Shown here: in pieces, positions 1-12,900 of the stretch
How positions within the stretch are numbered: position 1 is the stretch's first letter
How the letters are laid out: each line of letters begins with the position of its first letter
Source of the DNA: Haliotis rufescens
Lineage: Eukaryota
Direction of reading: 5' to 3'
Length of the DNA: 64,000 bases
Assembly (NCBI RefSeq): GCF_023055435.1
Contig: NW_025963779.1
Span: 65,968,001 to 66,032,000 of the forward strand
The notes under the pieces: model-generated
Told to the model about the DNA's origin: nothing
Database searches by the model: none
Seen by the model: only the letters and a program-made list of their open reading frames with translations
Translations under genes and position numbers: made by a program

Positions 1-648
1 TTTTCAAACACTGTGATTGTGATCAGTGCATTTCTCTAAAGGGAAGCTAGCTGATGTACATGATGTAGCTTAGAAGTCTAAGAAATTATGGGTAATAAAG
101 AAATTTTTACGCTCACATGTGTGTCACACTGATTTTATGAAACTTGTATGAGAATTAATGTATTAACCTCACTCTCACTCGCTTATTGTTTTATTAATTA
201 TTTATAAACACCACACTGAACATGCTGAAATTGCATATGATAATCATGATTATGTTCATAATAATTTAGATTACCAAAATAAAATTCATATTGTTTATTA
301 ATAATAGTGATTAACGCCTATAAAACATGTAGAAATGATTTCCAAATGACTCAGCACAAGTGACCGTCACTGCTTTAGCTCAGTCCAAAGTCCACAAACC
401 ACCAGTATTAGGCCTAATGCTGGTGATAAGTCTGTCGCGACTGCACTCGCTTGTAAAGAATATGTTATGCGATTGTGACCAATGTTGATCCACGTTATAG
501 AACTTAATGTCCTGAAATCAGAACTGACAAAGAGGCGTAAAATAAATCTGGCACATCTGCATAATTCAGCACAAATAATCTGCAAAGAATAATTCAAATG
601 TTCCGCGTTGACAAAAGTAATGTTTGCTTCACTCGATCACTTACTTAC

Positions 649-843
649 CTCCAAGTGAAGATAGCCATGCGTCCCCAAGTCCGGGTCGTTTAGAACTGAT
701 GGCATCACATCTCGTTTCTTGCGTGAGAAAAATGCGATAGGGTGTTTCACAAACCCCAAAGATAAATTGAACAAAACGAATGTTGAATAAAAACAGCCCA
801 ATCCGAAAGAAATACACCTGAGAAAAAGGTCCTTAATCGCCAT
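649..843 (-). CDS. EPHX4: Epoxide hydrolase 4-like copy A, coding exon 1 only (rest lies left of the window)
   Basis: ATG at 843; 65 codons MAIKDLFLRC...[10 protein letters not shown] followed by a GTAAGT donor. Same 195-nt exon as copies B, C and D; hydrophobic N-terminal anchor followed by RKKR. Confidence 0.85.
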
Positions 844-1289
844 ACTTCCTGGTTGGGAAAGTCAAAAGTGCTCACGGGAATGAATAGAAACGAAGTTAGT
901 GCGACCCTGTTTTATATATGCGGCAATGCGCATGAATGGGCGGACTTTAACCCTTGTGGTTAGCTGTATATCATTGATAACACTGTAGATAGTAGTATAT
1001 GGATGTAGTGATTTCATGGATACATAGCTACATTGTTACGCGAACAATGTCCAATTGGAACCACGGAAAGAAAAGATAAGATTAAGTTCTGCTCTTCAGG
1101 TCATAATATATCGGTTTGATCCATTTCAATGTTTTTCGCAGCCTGTGATTCCGTGTAATCAACTTTTTATTAATTTTCATGTGTACCTTGATATATAATA
1201 AAACATATTCACTTGTCACCTGTGACAACCAACGGCCAAGAAATTAGTAACCTATGACGCGCCGTTTTACAAGTCATTCCCTTTTGTAT

Positions 1290-1790
1290 AATATCAATAA
1301 TTTATTCATTGATATTATAAAATAGGGAATATATATCTGTGTATATATCGATATCACAAATTCACCTTTAAGATATAAATAAATCACTTCTAGGTTCATG
1401 AAAATAATGAATTCTACCTTAATGTCATACTGTAGTAAATGATAAAGTTAATTAAAAAGTGTCTACAGTATTGTCTGTCTCGCCTTTCTTGCATAAAGTA
1501 CATTTGATATACTGATTTGGGAAGGGGAATTATTAAAAAATAGATTTAATGAATTTAAGCTGTTAAATTAAACGTGGCAGTCTGATAATAAGTTTAAAAT
1601 TACCCGCACTCCTTGTCTGCAATCAATAAATTATTTTGTGATAGATCTATCTAAAACTTGAATTTGTGATCTCAATAAATCATTTTGTGATACCTTAAAA
1701 TCGAATTTGTTATATAAATAAATCATTTTAAAATCTAATAATCGAATTTGTGATATCAACAAATCATCTAAAAATCGAATTATCTCTGAA
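1290..1790. repeat. AT-rich element with degenerate tandem units (AAATCGAATTTGTGATATCAATAAATCATTT-like)
   Basis: About five degenerate units at 1620-1780 and an inverted-orientation unit (GATATCACAAATTC) near 1350. Confidence 0.5.
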
Positions 1791-2016
1791 AGATCACAGA
1801 ATCTGTAGCCAAGAAAATGTAATTGAAACGTAGTTTGAATAGAATGAAAGATATCTCTTCATCTTTGCCATAATATACAACAGCATATTCTTTTATAAGA
1901 CAAGGGTACTCTCTTGTTAATTGAACCATGCTTGTGAAACGTAAACTGCCACGTGATGTTTTCAAGATGTTTAAATAAAGCCGGTTACAAACATATTAAA
2001 GCAGCTGAAAATAATC

Positions 2017-2484
2017 GTTTCTCAGTCAACCATGACATGACAGATTGTGTTATCTCTTCTGAAAGGCGTGGTCTCACGTCACATCAACCATTGTTTCTCA
2101 GTCAACCATGACATGACAGATTGTGTTATCTCTTCTGAAAGGCGTGGTCTCACGTCACATCAACCATTGTTTCTCAGTCAACCATGACATGACAGATTGT
2201 GTTATCTCTTCTGAAAGGCGTGGTCTCACGTCACATCAACCATTGTTGCTCAGTCAACCATGACATGACAGATTGTGTTATCTCTTCTGAAAGGCGTGGT
2301 CTCACGTCACATCAACCATTGTTTCTCAGTCAACCATGACTTGACAGATTGTGTTATCTCTTCTGAAAGGCGTGGTCTCACGTCACATCAACCATTGTTT
2401 CTCAGTCAACCATGACATGACACATTGTGTTATCTCTTCTGAAAGGCGTGGTCTCACGTCACATCAACCATCGTTTCTCAGTCA
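2017..2484. repeat. 76-bp minisatellite, 6 near-identical units plus a partial unit
   Basis: GTTTCTCAGTCAACCATGACATG... restarts at 2017, 2093, 2169, 2245, 2321, 2397 and 2473 with only isolated substitutions. Confidence 0.95.
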
Positions 2485-2639
2485 CAGGAGGCAGTAGGGA
2501 GAACAAAAGATCTTGTGGTGAAATCCATGCGCGAGGGCCCTGTGCTGAGCTGACAAACATAGCAACATAATCAGAGCGAGCCTGGGATTCGAACACACTA
2601 TTTAGATTTGTGTTAATGCCTAAGTTACACAACTCGGAC

Positions 2640-3096
2640 TTTTCGAACTCACGCAGCTGGTATCGCCATGAGTACCAGAACTCTAGGTGAGGTGAGGTGA
2701 AATGGGGTTTTACGTCGCGTCCAAGATTATTGCACTTATATAGCGACGTGCATGTACGTGTGTGTGTTTGTGTGGCTGCTTGTGCTAGTCCGGACTGATG
2801 CCGATTATAGTGCTAGCTCACTGAGATACCATGCCGTAGTTTAACATGAAAACCCCACTCAGACACAGTATCCTGACTCCGAGCCGACCAGTCCTTGTTT
2901 TAGCCCCTTAATGCCGAGCGCCAGACAGGGTAACAACAAGTACGATCTTATCACGTCTTTTGGTACGACGCGGCCGGGGATCGATCCCCGGACCTTCCGC
3001 TCTCCGGGAGGACGTTCTACCACTAGACCACGGAGGCGGTCCCAGAACTCTAGGAATCCTTGCACAAACAGCTTCAGCAGCTGTGAATTTGTTCCC
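2640..3096 (-). pseudogene. Orphan degenerate EPHX4-like exon 2, split by a SINE
   Basis: Translates to LFVQGFLEFW / [10 protein letters not shown], versus [20 protein letters not shown] in gene B. The flank 3100-3855 matches intron 1 of B (about 19930-20760). Confidence 0.85.
2688..3041 (-). mobile_element. tRNA-derived SINE family 1, full length
   Basis: Head GACCGCCTCCGTGGTCTAGTGG...GATCGATCCCC (A/B boxes), (CACCT)n tail, 13-bp TSD CCAGAACTCTAGG at 2675-2687 and 3042-3054. Confidence 0.9.
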
Positions 3097-3855
3097 CTGA
3101 AACATGGTGCAGTATTTACAGCAGTATACATTTAGTTTCAAACCAAATGAAACTTATCATGGAAAACTTCTTTCCAGGCGCTGGGCATTAAAGGAAAGAA
3201 AGCAAGGACAGCTCGGAGTCAGTATAATGTTTCTAAAATATCTCGTATCTATTTCTGGCATTATCTCGTTATATAAGCATTATAAGTGCAATTATCTTGA
3301 AAGCGACGTTAACCCCGTTTTCACCTCACCTCATATATCCTGTCAAAGACTTAGTTAACATGTGTCATTTGATAACAAATGTAATTACATACACTGATAA
3401 AATCGGTTCCCATCATTTGTGTCGGATAAAGCCGATTGTCGGATTAACGAGTGTCGGATTAACGAGACTTGACTTGTCAAATATCACGATAAACCATCAT
3501 CACAATTGTACATTTGTATACGTACAATATTATAGGAGGTACAATTAGATTTGAAAACGCACAGGGTGAGGTTACACATGATAGAAATAAAGCCATCAAA
3601 TCTACAGGTAGCTCACTATACATAGCTCCACATTGAAAACACAGAACCTGGTACATTATCTCCATTCTGCCATGAAAATATCAAGCCCAAATTTTGATGT
3701 CAGCGAAGGCAATGAGTACAGCAGCATCGTCTGATTTAAACCTTAAATAGTTTGTCGATTAGCAGCGGTGAGAATCATCTTGAAATAATGAATGTCACTT
3801 TGTACGGATAATACACTGAAACATTGGTTTAACATGAATATACTTTACTCACATA

Positions 3856-4190
3856 CACTCTTCAAAAAATGAAACGCACAGGTAGTATGTAGTTCATTAC
3901 ACAAAAATCCGGTATATAATTTGGATATATGTTATTGGAAAATGTTGGTGGCCTGATATTCGACAAACGGTGCGTCTAAACGCAGCCATTGACGATTTGC
4001 ATTGTCTTAAACGGCATTGTTTTCACACTTGTTAAAAATGTCATGGAGGAAAACAGTAGTGGCTATAAAAAGGCAAGCATATGCCAATAATGTGTCATTC
4101 AATTGTCAACATTTTTCAAGTTTGACAAACTTAGCGCTGCCGATCGGAACAGCGCCATAGGACGTATCCAAAGAGGGGAATCGCAATAAC
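3856..4190 (+). mobile_element. Tc1/mariner 5' fragment
   Basis: TA|CACTCTTCAAAAAA end and N-terminal transposase-like peptide KLSAADRNSAIGRIQRGESQ near 4127-4186. Confidence 0.55.
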
Positions 4191-4869
4191 TGAATTATAT
4201 CACAGAGGCCTGAAACAAAGTAAGTTGGGACCAGACAAACCGGAAGTTGAAAATAGATATGTCAAGGTACGATAACATGCAACCAACCACGTCACCAAGC
4301 CTTACTACCCGATACATTTGAGCAGATGAGTGCTGGTGACTTCATTTCTTGTTCACTTTCAACCGCAGGTTGCCTGCCAACTGCAATGTGATAGATTGTA
4401 TCATCTACCTCTGTGGGCAGGGGCCACAATCATGCCATCGTCTGGAAAGAATGGATCGATCTTCACACAATCAATCATTGTTTGTGAGTTTGCCATGAAA
4501 AGACAAGACAGGTTTGCCATGACAAGGGAGATAGTTCTGTGTATATACATCTTCTTTATTATAATGAATGCGACGTTTCGGTGTAGATACTAACTCCATT
4601 ATCAAGCAAGTGATGTACAGGAATGTGAAGTAGGGAGGTTATATACGTGTGGATAATTGATGTTTATGCAATGTAGAATGATGATAGATTGATGTTTACA
4701 GATAAGGCTTAAGTATGAAGCCTGATGATGTGCATTGGAATAAACAATAAGGAATCAGTGTAAAAACAGTACTACACAGTACTGACTGAAGGTGTGGATG
4801 GGTTGTTATTACAAACATTATTGTCCAATCTGAGTCTATTCCTATGATCTACTATCTTCTTGTGGTTAG

Positions 4870-5500
4870 ATGCATGCTGTATTCTATAGATCAGTTAAGA
4901 AAGCTTTGCAAGTATGTGGTCAATCCCCATGTATTTACAGTTTAAGACATTTTCCTTTGGTACTGTAGGGCAGAAAAGTAAAACTTAGTCCCCTGCTTGT
5001 AATTGTTCTGCATGCGATTTGCGATCATAATACTCTTTCTGATACTGGGATGATCGTTGTAGATTTTTCTTGACTATTTCCTAAGTCTTTGTTATCCGGG
5101 ACTCCATGTCTTCCACACCATTCCCATTTTCTTCCTCAACTGATGGCTTCACTGTTGGCCCATACATGATATCTACTGGTAGGTTAATTTCCCTACACAC
5201 AACAAGGTAGTTTGGTGTATACTTGGAAGAACTGTGTATACTGGAGCCATAAGTAGATGTTCATCCCAGTCACACTGACTTTTGGTAGCATCACAAATCG
5301 ACGATAATATGAGCACAATCTCAGAGAAGTTCTCAATTCAGTAAAATTTGATAGGGCTTGCCATTTTCGAATACCTTCAGTCTTTGCAGGAGCCATTGAA
5401 CCACCTTGAGCAGAAACAATATGTCCAAGATAATTCACCTCTTCTCAAAGAGTTGACATTTCTTTGGTTTACACTTCTACCCTGCCTTCCTGAATCAATT
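4870..5500 (-). mobile_element. Ty3/Gypsy pol relic (RT end fused to integrase C-terminus)
   Basis: YLGHIVS...ELRTSLRLCSYYRRF (5193-5438) is the Gypsy RT/connection motif; QKEYYDRKS-like integrase tail downstream. Confidence 0.75.
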
Positions 5501-6907
5501 CAGTACATGTGAGAGAACAGGCATGCTCGTGCACACTCTGAACCAGACTCTGTTTACGTATTGTCTAACATTATACGTGAATACACTCATGGACACAAGT
5601 CACACGCCAACACTGATACCTGGACAATGGGCAGTCAGAGGCTTATTACCTTGTTTACCGAGCAGCAGCTTCTACACTGACTACTTGTTGTATAGGAACG
5701 ATGGTTGCTCGGTAAAATATAACTACACTGCTTATTGGCTATGGTCAAGTAGTTTCTATACTACTGGAAATATTTCTACACTGAACTATACTAAGAAACT
5801 TATAGTGTTTTCTACATGAGGTTCGGACACATGACCTTGGTTAGTCCGGGTATAACTCACTTGGCAGTGCATGTCTAGGGTAGATACCGACCGAGCAGGA
5901 GAAGTTGGTTTATTTTCTCCCGTAGAATGGTCGTTTGAAACACTGCCCGCTGTACTAGAATTATCATGTTATGTCTTTGTGACATCTTCAACAGACGTCT
6001 TCGTCGCCGGAAGTGAAATGGCCTTCTATCATACCTGTATGTGTGGATATCATAATGTCATGTTTAATGTGACGCTACGTCCGTGTCTGGTCCTTGTTCG
6101 CACTTGGAGTTACCACACTGAGAGTCCTACGACAATCTCAACATAGATCTTAAATGGTAGTCTCCTAACTATCAGACCGGTGACGCTTTCTAACCTACAG
6201 CAAAATATGATACCTGTTTCATGGCACATAACAACTGAAAGCGGTGAACCGATACCATTTTGAATCATCACAGGACTAACCAGTTTACGATGTTTGGCCC
6301 TTCAGTATGACACACACAGGTAAAGATAATGCTGCACCGTAAACAAAAAAGAAAGTACAGTCTTGTACTGATCACTTTCCAAAAATGATAACAAAATATA
6401 TTCTTCAAGAAATAAACACAAAAATATGATGTTTATCCATATTAGTTTAATAGTTATCAACAGGAAAGTTACAACATGCTGCATTTATCTTTGTCACTCT
6501 GACATCACAACAATAAATGTCACTTTGAACAAGTAGCACAACAGTGTGGTTGGTAGGACTTTAATCTATGCCAGAGATCCCCATGCATGGCAGTATGAAC
6601 AATTTTATTGTTATGACATCATGACGTCAAAGTCAATACCGCCACGTCATGTTGAGAAAAGTTGATGTGATGGCCAGGGATGCCATCTATTTTCTTCTTA
6701 AGGTTCTGTCCCAGTCCAACAAAGCAAATCTAGTTTCATTACTCAACATGATTCTGACAATGTCGGTAAGACCTCCACAAAATTTACAACACATCTGAGA
6801 ATCCACCACTCATTTGATACTGATCTCAATTTTATGATATTTACTTTATGATATAATTTATTGATAATCTCTGATGTGTTCTTACCATGGATCTGAGCCT
6901 TACATAT

Positions 6908-9900
6908 TTACTTAAGAAATTCGGTCATGTGTTTGTTAACTTGGTCCGGAGTGTCCATCATGACCCAGTGACTGGCCTCCTCTATGTATTTGACTGTGTA
7001 ATTATCTGCAACAGTATTACCAGCCGCCCCCAAGGCCTTCTCCAGGAACGCGTCCTTGCAGCCCCAGATTGTCAGGACAGGACAAGAGATCTTTGGGGTT
7101 TTACTCGGAGGGAACCGGGTTAAAGCTCGATAATAATTGATAGAAGCTGTTGCAACACCTGGATGCAGGGAAAAAGGGGTAAACATGAAAAATACAGCGT
7201 TACATATATACATAAAATCAATCTGCATGAGTTGCAGTGCCTCAAGCTAAGGGTTTCCATATGACCAAGAAGGTTACTGATCTCAAACGACTAATCCCAG
7301 CTCCAGGCAATACTAAAATACTAATCCCCCTGTGAGGATCCCAAGGGTGGAATAAGTACCTAGCAACCTGTGCTTGCAGCATGAGGCGGCTAAAGGGCCC
7401 GGGTGGTTAGGCTAGGTGCCTTGGTTGATTTTGTGCCATCATGACTGGAAGGTGCGAGACGTTGTTCATAATTACAATCACTGGTTTGGTTTTTGCAGAC
7501 TTGATTATTTACAGCCTGCACTCATATTTTAAAAACAATATCTAAGTATAAACCTAACATCCTAAGGATATATGGGCCACTGACCCCTGAAAGAACAAAC
7601 AATCCTATTTCACGGATCAATTCTGATGCCATAATTCTGTTACAGGTAATGTTTCATTTGACCCATGAGTACCCTCAACTACTCGTAGCTTTTGACTGTC
7701 CATTGTCTAATGTCAGTATATCCATGTAAAGTTTAAATATAAATTGTTAACATTAATATTGACAATTCATCTCGATATAACGACTGAATACTGAAAACAA
7801 CATAATCATCTACTCCACCACAGGTTCATAGCCACAACAGAGGTGACTCCACTCTTAACAACTCTCAAGCAATTCATTGAACCAGGGACAGGGCCCATAT
7901 GGTGACTATCCGTTTTGCAGATACCCCGGCCAAGTTAGCAGACAGCATAAACAAACAAAAGACAAGGTTAAATACACTGCAATGTACTCCCTTCCTACCT
8001 CTTCATTGAAATCGTATAGGCCACAGATACACCCATTTGTTGCCATTAGTTAAAAGAAATACAATAAAGAAACTTGAATTCCTCCATAGTTCAGGGCAGG
8101 CACTGAAAGTTCCATTCATGTAAACGGTGTCGGATGACTGAAGCAATCTCATCATGTGCAGTTGTTCAAAAAGTGACATACTCAACCACTGAACGCCAGC
8201 CATGGTTTTTGATGTGCAAGGATCTGACCATATCATTAAGAAGCAAATATTGCAATAACAACTCCACTAAATATAAAGAGTTAACTAAATGACCCTCAAT
8301 TACTGCTCTAATCATTATAAACAAGCTCACTTTAATCATATTTTCATATCAGATGTGTGTTGTGATAAAGAGCTTGTTTACGAGCCATTACTGGGCTTCT
8401 ACTCAGTAAACACATACACGGGTATGTTTGAGGTAGGGTGGCCTTTCACTAAGAAATGATGACAATCCATTTGATCGAGGCATTTATGGCACAAGTCTCA
8501 TTTTCTACATTGTAACAAAAAATTGTAAAATATATAATCTGTATTCTGGAAGATTCCATTCCATTGTGATGTACACCTGTCAGACTGCAAAATGTGGTAC
8601 CACATGTTGGGCCTTGACACCAAGTAGAATAACGATAACTGTAGTGACATTACTCACCCACAACCACCCTAGCAATGTATTGAACCCAGGACATGCACAC
8701 CCTTGACATGCACACTAATGTAGTGAAACCTACAGCGTGGGTAGGTCAAAGTCCTCCTCTAACTGTCACAACACAATTCAAATAGTGGTACTCGATTACT
8801 ATTATCATAGTTGTACTCCTATAACTATTATCATATTTGTAACCACTGCAGTTACCTGGTCTGGAGAAAGCATATTTGTAGGCCTCAATCTCGTCTATCT
8901 CTGTGGTGACCCCATACTGACGCCCCGTCAAGATTCCTTCTAGAGCCCACATGTCATTCAGTCTCAGTGACCACTCAGGAAGAAATGGAACTTGGAAGAA
9001 GAACACGTACCTGATACAGAACAAGAAAGTCAAATATTTACAAAATCACACTCCTCCTCAAAATATACCTATTATTATTTTCCTTTACCACATTACTGCA
9101 TACACAAATTCATAACGATACATGAAGAAATCCCTGTATACTAGTATTGGACAAACAAATGATTTTCAATATGACTGCCAGTGTGTCCATGTTCAATCTG
9201 GAAAAGTCTTCTTTGACAGTTTTATTGAGATAGGATCATATACCTTTAATCATGAAATTAATGTGTCTCCCTTGCGGGCGTTAATTAAGTGGCCTCGAAT
9301 TTACCGGTGATCAACTTTTACAAAATGGTGTGTCCACTGTCATCAGTATGCGGATTTGTCCGTGGGAACTTTCGTTTATTCAGTGATCGTATATATATAT
9401 AAATTTTATATAAAAATATGCCATGTAAGACAGAAATACACATCAGTTCGAAATTATAATAAAGACCTATGTATGGAGAAAATGGATGGTGGATTTATTA
9501 TGTTTGTTGATAAATTTAAAGTAGCCTTCTGTGAACACGACAATGAACAGTTCTGTTCCATGCTTTCGGGTACAACAGACCATAAAAACGAACTCAATCA
9601 CACCCAAGGACCGGATATGTCACTTTGAGACTCTATTTGGAGGCATGGGTGATATTGATGACTATATTGATTTCCATACAACTATCGACGACTTTGTAAA
9701 TTCATTATCCGATTAACTTATTAATAATTCGGTTGACAAATATTCATTTATGGTACTGATTTAACTGAATCTGAACTCTTGGGAGCCATCCATGATATGA
9801 AATCTGGAAAATCACCTGGATATTGTGGTTTGCCAATCGAATTTTTAAATAATATACCCCAACCCTGTATCGAAATGTTATTAACATTATATAATGTTGT

Positions 9901-12900
9901 CTTGCGGACGGGAATTTATCCCGACCAGTGGACATATGGTGTTATCTTGACTATTTATAAGAAAGGACGATCCAATGATCCAGGAAACTATAGACCTATC
10001 ACATTACTGGAAGTTGTAGGGAAAATATTTGCAAAACTTATCTGATCTAGATTAACATCTGATCATGCAACATGAAGTTCGCTTGTTGCATATGGGAAGG
10101 ACGTGTGGCCGAATAATCTCATGCGTGTAACGTTGTGCCGTTAAAATCCCCAGCACCAAGCCTGTTCTACCATTGTAAGAGATGGCTTCCCGCATCATCA
10201 CATCATGACAATACCATCACCGGCGCGAATACCTGGTATTGTCGTACTTGTAGAGGTGGCCGTGGTGGTTCTTTTACGCAAGTGACGTAGCCTTATGGGA
10301 CCGCCTCCATGGTCTAGTGGTAGAGCGTCCGCCCGGAGAGCGAAAGGTCCGGGGTTCGATCCCCGGCCGCGTCATACCAAAAGACGTTTAAAGATGGTAC
10401 TTGTTGTTACCCTGTCTGGCGCTCGGCATTAAAGGGCTAAAACAAGGACTGGTCGGCTCGAAGTCAGTATACTGTGTCTGAGTGGGGTATCCATGTTAAA
10501 CTGCGGCATGATATCTCAGTGTGCTAGCACTATAAAATCGGCATCAGTCGGGACTAGTACAAGCAGCCACACACACACACACATACACGTGCATGCACGT
10601 CGCTATATAAGCGCAATAATCTTGAACGCGACGTTAAACCCAATTTCACCTCACCTCTCCGTAGCCTTATGTATCTGCCCTGTGGTCTCGTAGTGATACG
10701 TAGTCGACCGTATCTGGGAAGGTCCCGTGTTTCCACTGTGTCTGATAGCGGTTCCACGGTCTTGAAATGGTGCTTTGTGCTATGTGAGAAGGCTGGATAC
10801 AACTGAAGATGATGCTACTGATTGCAGTTGGCCGACGGCGTTGTTGCGTTTGGCTTCCGTCAGTCGTGACATGTTTTCGTTGTTCACTTGCTGCAGTTTA
10901 ACATGAATACCCCACTCAGACACAGTATACTGACTCCGAGCCGACCAGTCCTTGTTTTAGCCCCTTAATGCCGAGCGCCAGACAGGGTAACAACAAGTAA
11001 CATCTTTTAACGTCTTTTGGTATGACGCGGTCGGGGATCGAACCCCGGACCTTTCGCTCTCCGGGCGGACGCTCTACCACTAGACCACGGAGGCGGTCTC
11101 AATTGTGGTATTAACTTTGTATGGATGTCGGCAACACTATCAGATATTAAGTTTTCTTTACTTTTAAGTTTCATTTTTTGCAGAGTATATATAACATCAC
11201 TTGCAATAATTCCATGACGACAATTTTAGGCTAAGGGTCGACACACTATTGTTTGGTGACGCATTATTTTCAAGAATTACACTAAACAAACGTTCAGCAA
11301 CAAAAATCCCAGAAGTTTCAAAATAACGTAAAACTTGACCTTATCTCAACATGCTCAAGAGAGACTCAAATATGTTCCAAATCGTATCCCATTGTTCCAG
11401 TGCATAACAAATATCAACTTTTCAAAGACCTAAAAAAACGTTCTCTCTTAAGCTTGCAATGACCTTTGGGGCTAATCATGCTTTAGGAAGCATCCTCTTT
11501 GGTCACGTTGGACAACAGTTACCATGGCTACAATTAGTAGGTAAAAGATGCATATTCGTGTATCGTGTACCTTAAGCGTGATTAGCAAATGGAGAATAGA
11601 CTATATTTTTGTTACCAAGATTTCTTGAACTGTGCCAAACTCTTCTCCATGTAGCTCCTAAAGGCGTCTAGAGGGGGACAGTTCATCATAATCAGTTTGT
11701 CGACCAGTTCAGGGTGCATGGCAGTGAATGTCCAGGCAATGGCGCCACCCCAGTCATGGGCTACCAGCACACATGATTTGTAACCTAGAGGACAGAAGCA
11801 GATCAGATGTACTGTACACAAGAAATACATCAAAATAAATCTTTTGTGTATCTGAATATTTATCATGGTTATCACACTTAATTATATTTCATTTCGCAAA
11901 TCTATACCGATACACGGACATAACTTTCAAAATTAGTTTCTTGTATTAGTTGTATGATATTAAAGAACGAATTGAGAACACATTACAACCAGTAGTGAAG
12001 TATGCCAGAGGGTGTTATTGCCGCTATGTTATGATCTTGAAGGATCTTGAGGGATGATAGTGTTAAGATAGGAAATTTCAAAGTTGACGTTTTTGGATCA
12101 GTGTTGCGTAATGCCACGATTTGTCAAAAATTAATTCACACGACGAGGCATATTACATATGTGTCTCCCAGTGGCGATAGGAAAGAGTCTGTCCCACTCA
12201 TCTTTCAGCGCCTGGCCAAGTTTAGACAACGGGGCCGGCGGCCTGACGTTCACGCACTCGTTTCCGTATCATGTCCCAGACGTGTTCAATGGGGGAATTG
12301 CTGGCCATGGCATTCTATGGATGTTGTGCTGCTGGAGGTGAGCATTGACGATTCGTGCAGGGTGAGCACGGGCGTTGTTGTCCTGAAAGACTAAATGTCG
12401 ACCCACACGCCTTGCAAATTGGACACCAAAGGGTGTCAGCATGTTGTCCCAATAGTACTGTCCAGTGACCCTTTCTTACACAATATGGAGTGGGGTTCGC
12501 TCAGTCATAATAATGCCACCCATAACCCCATAATAACCCTTCGACCGCCAAATCTGTGATAAGGTCTCAGATTAACATTGGCTTGACGTTCATTTCGACG
12601 TCGATAGACACGATCATGCCCATCAAGGAAGTGCAAAGTCTCTAGGGACTCACTTAAAAACAGGGGTGGTCGGGTAGCCTAGTGGTTAAAGCGTTACCTC
12701 GACACGCCGAAGACCCGGGTTCGATTCCCGACATGGGTACAATGTGTGAAGCCCATTTCTGGTGTCCCCCGCCGTGATATTGCTGGAATATTGCTAAAAG
12801 CGGCGTAAAACCATACTCACTCACTCACTTAAAAACATGACACGTGGCCAGTTTCGATGTGTAAAACATTGACGTCTGTTGGCACTATGGCGATTTCATA

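Noticed and set aside
2017-2484. CRISPR-like array
   Set aside because: Units are contiguous with no unique spacers, there are no cas genes, and the context is eukaryotic.
12663-12735. tRNA genes at SINE heads (also 10299, 21785, 27540, 47785, 54823)
   Set aside because: Each continues into a shared body and simple-repeat tail with TSDs; acceptor stems are imperfect.
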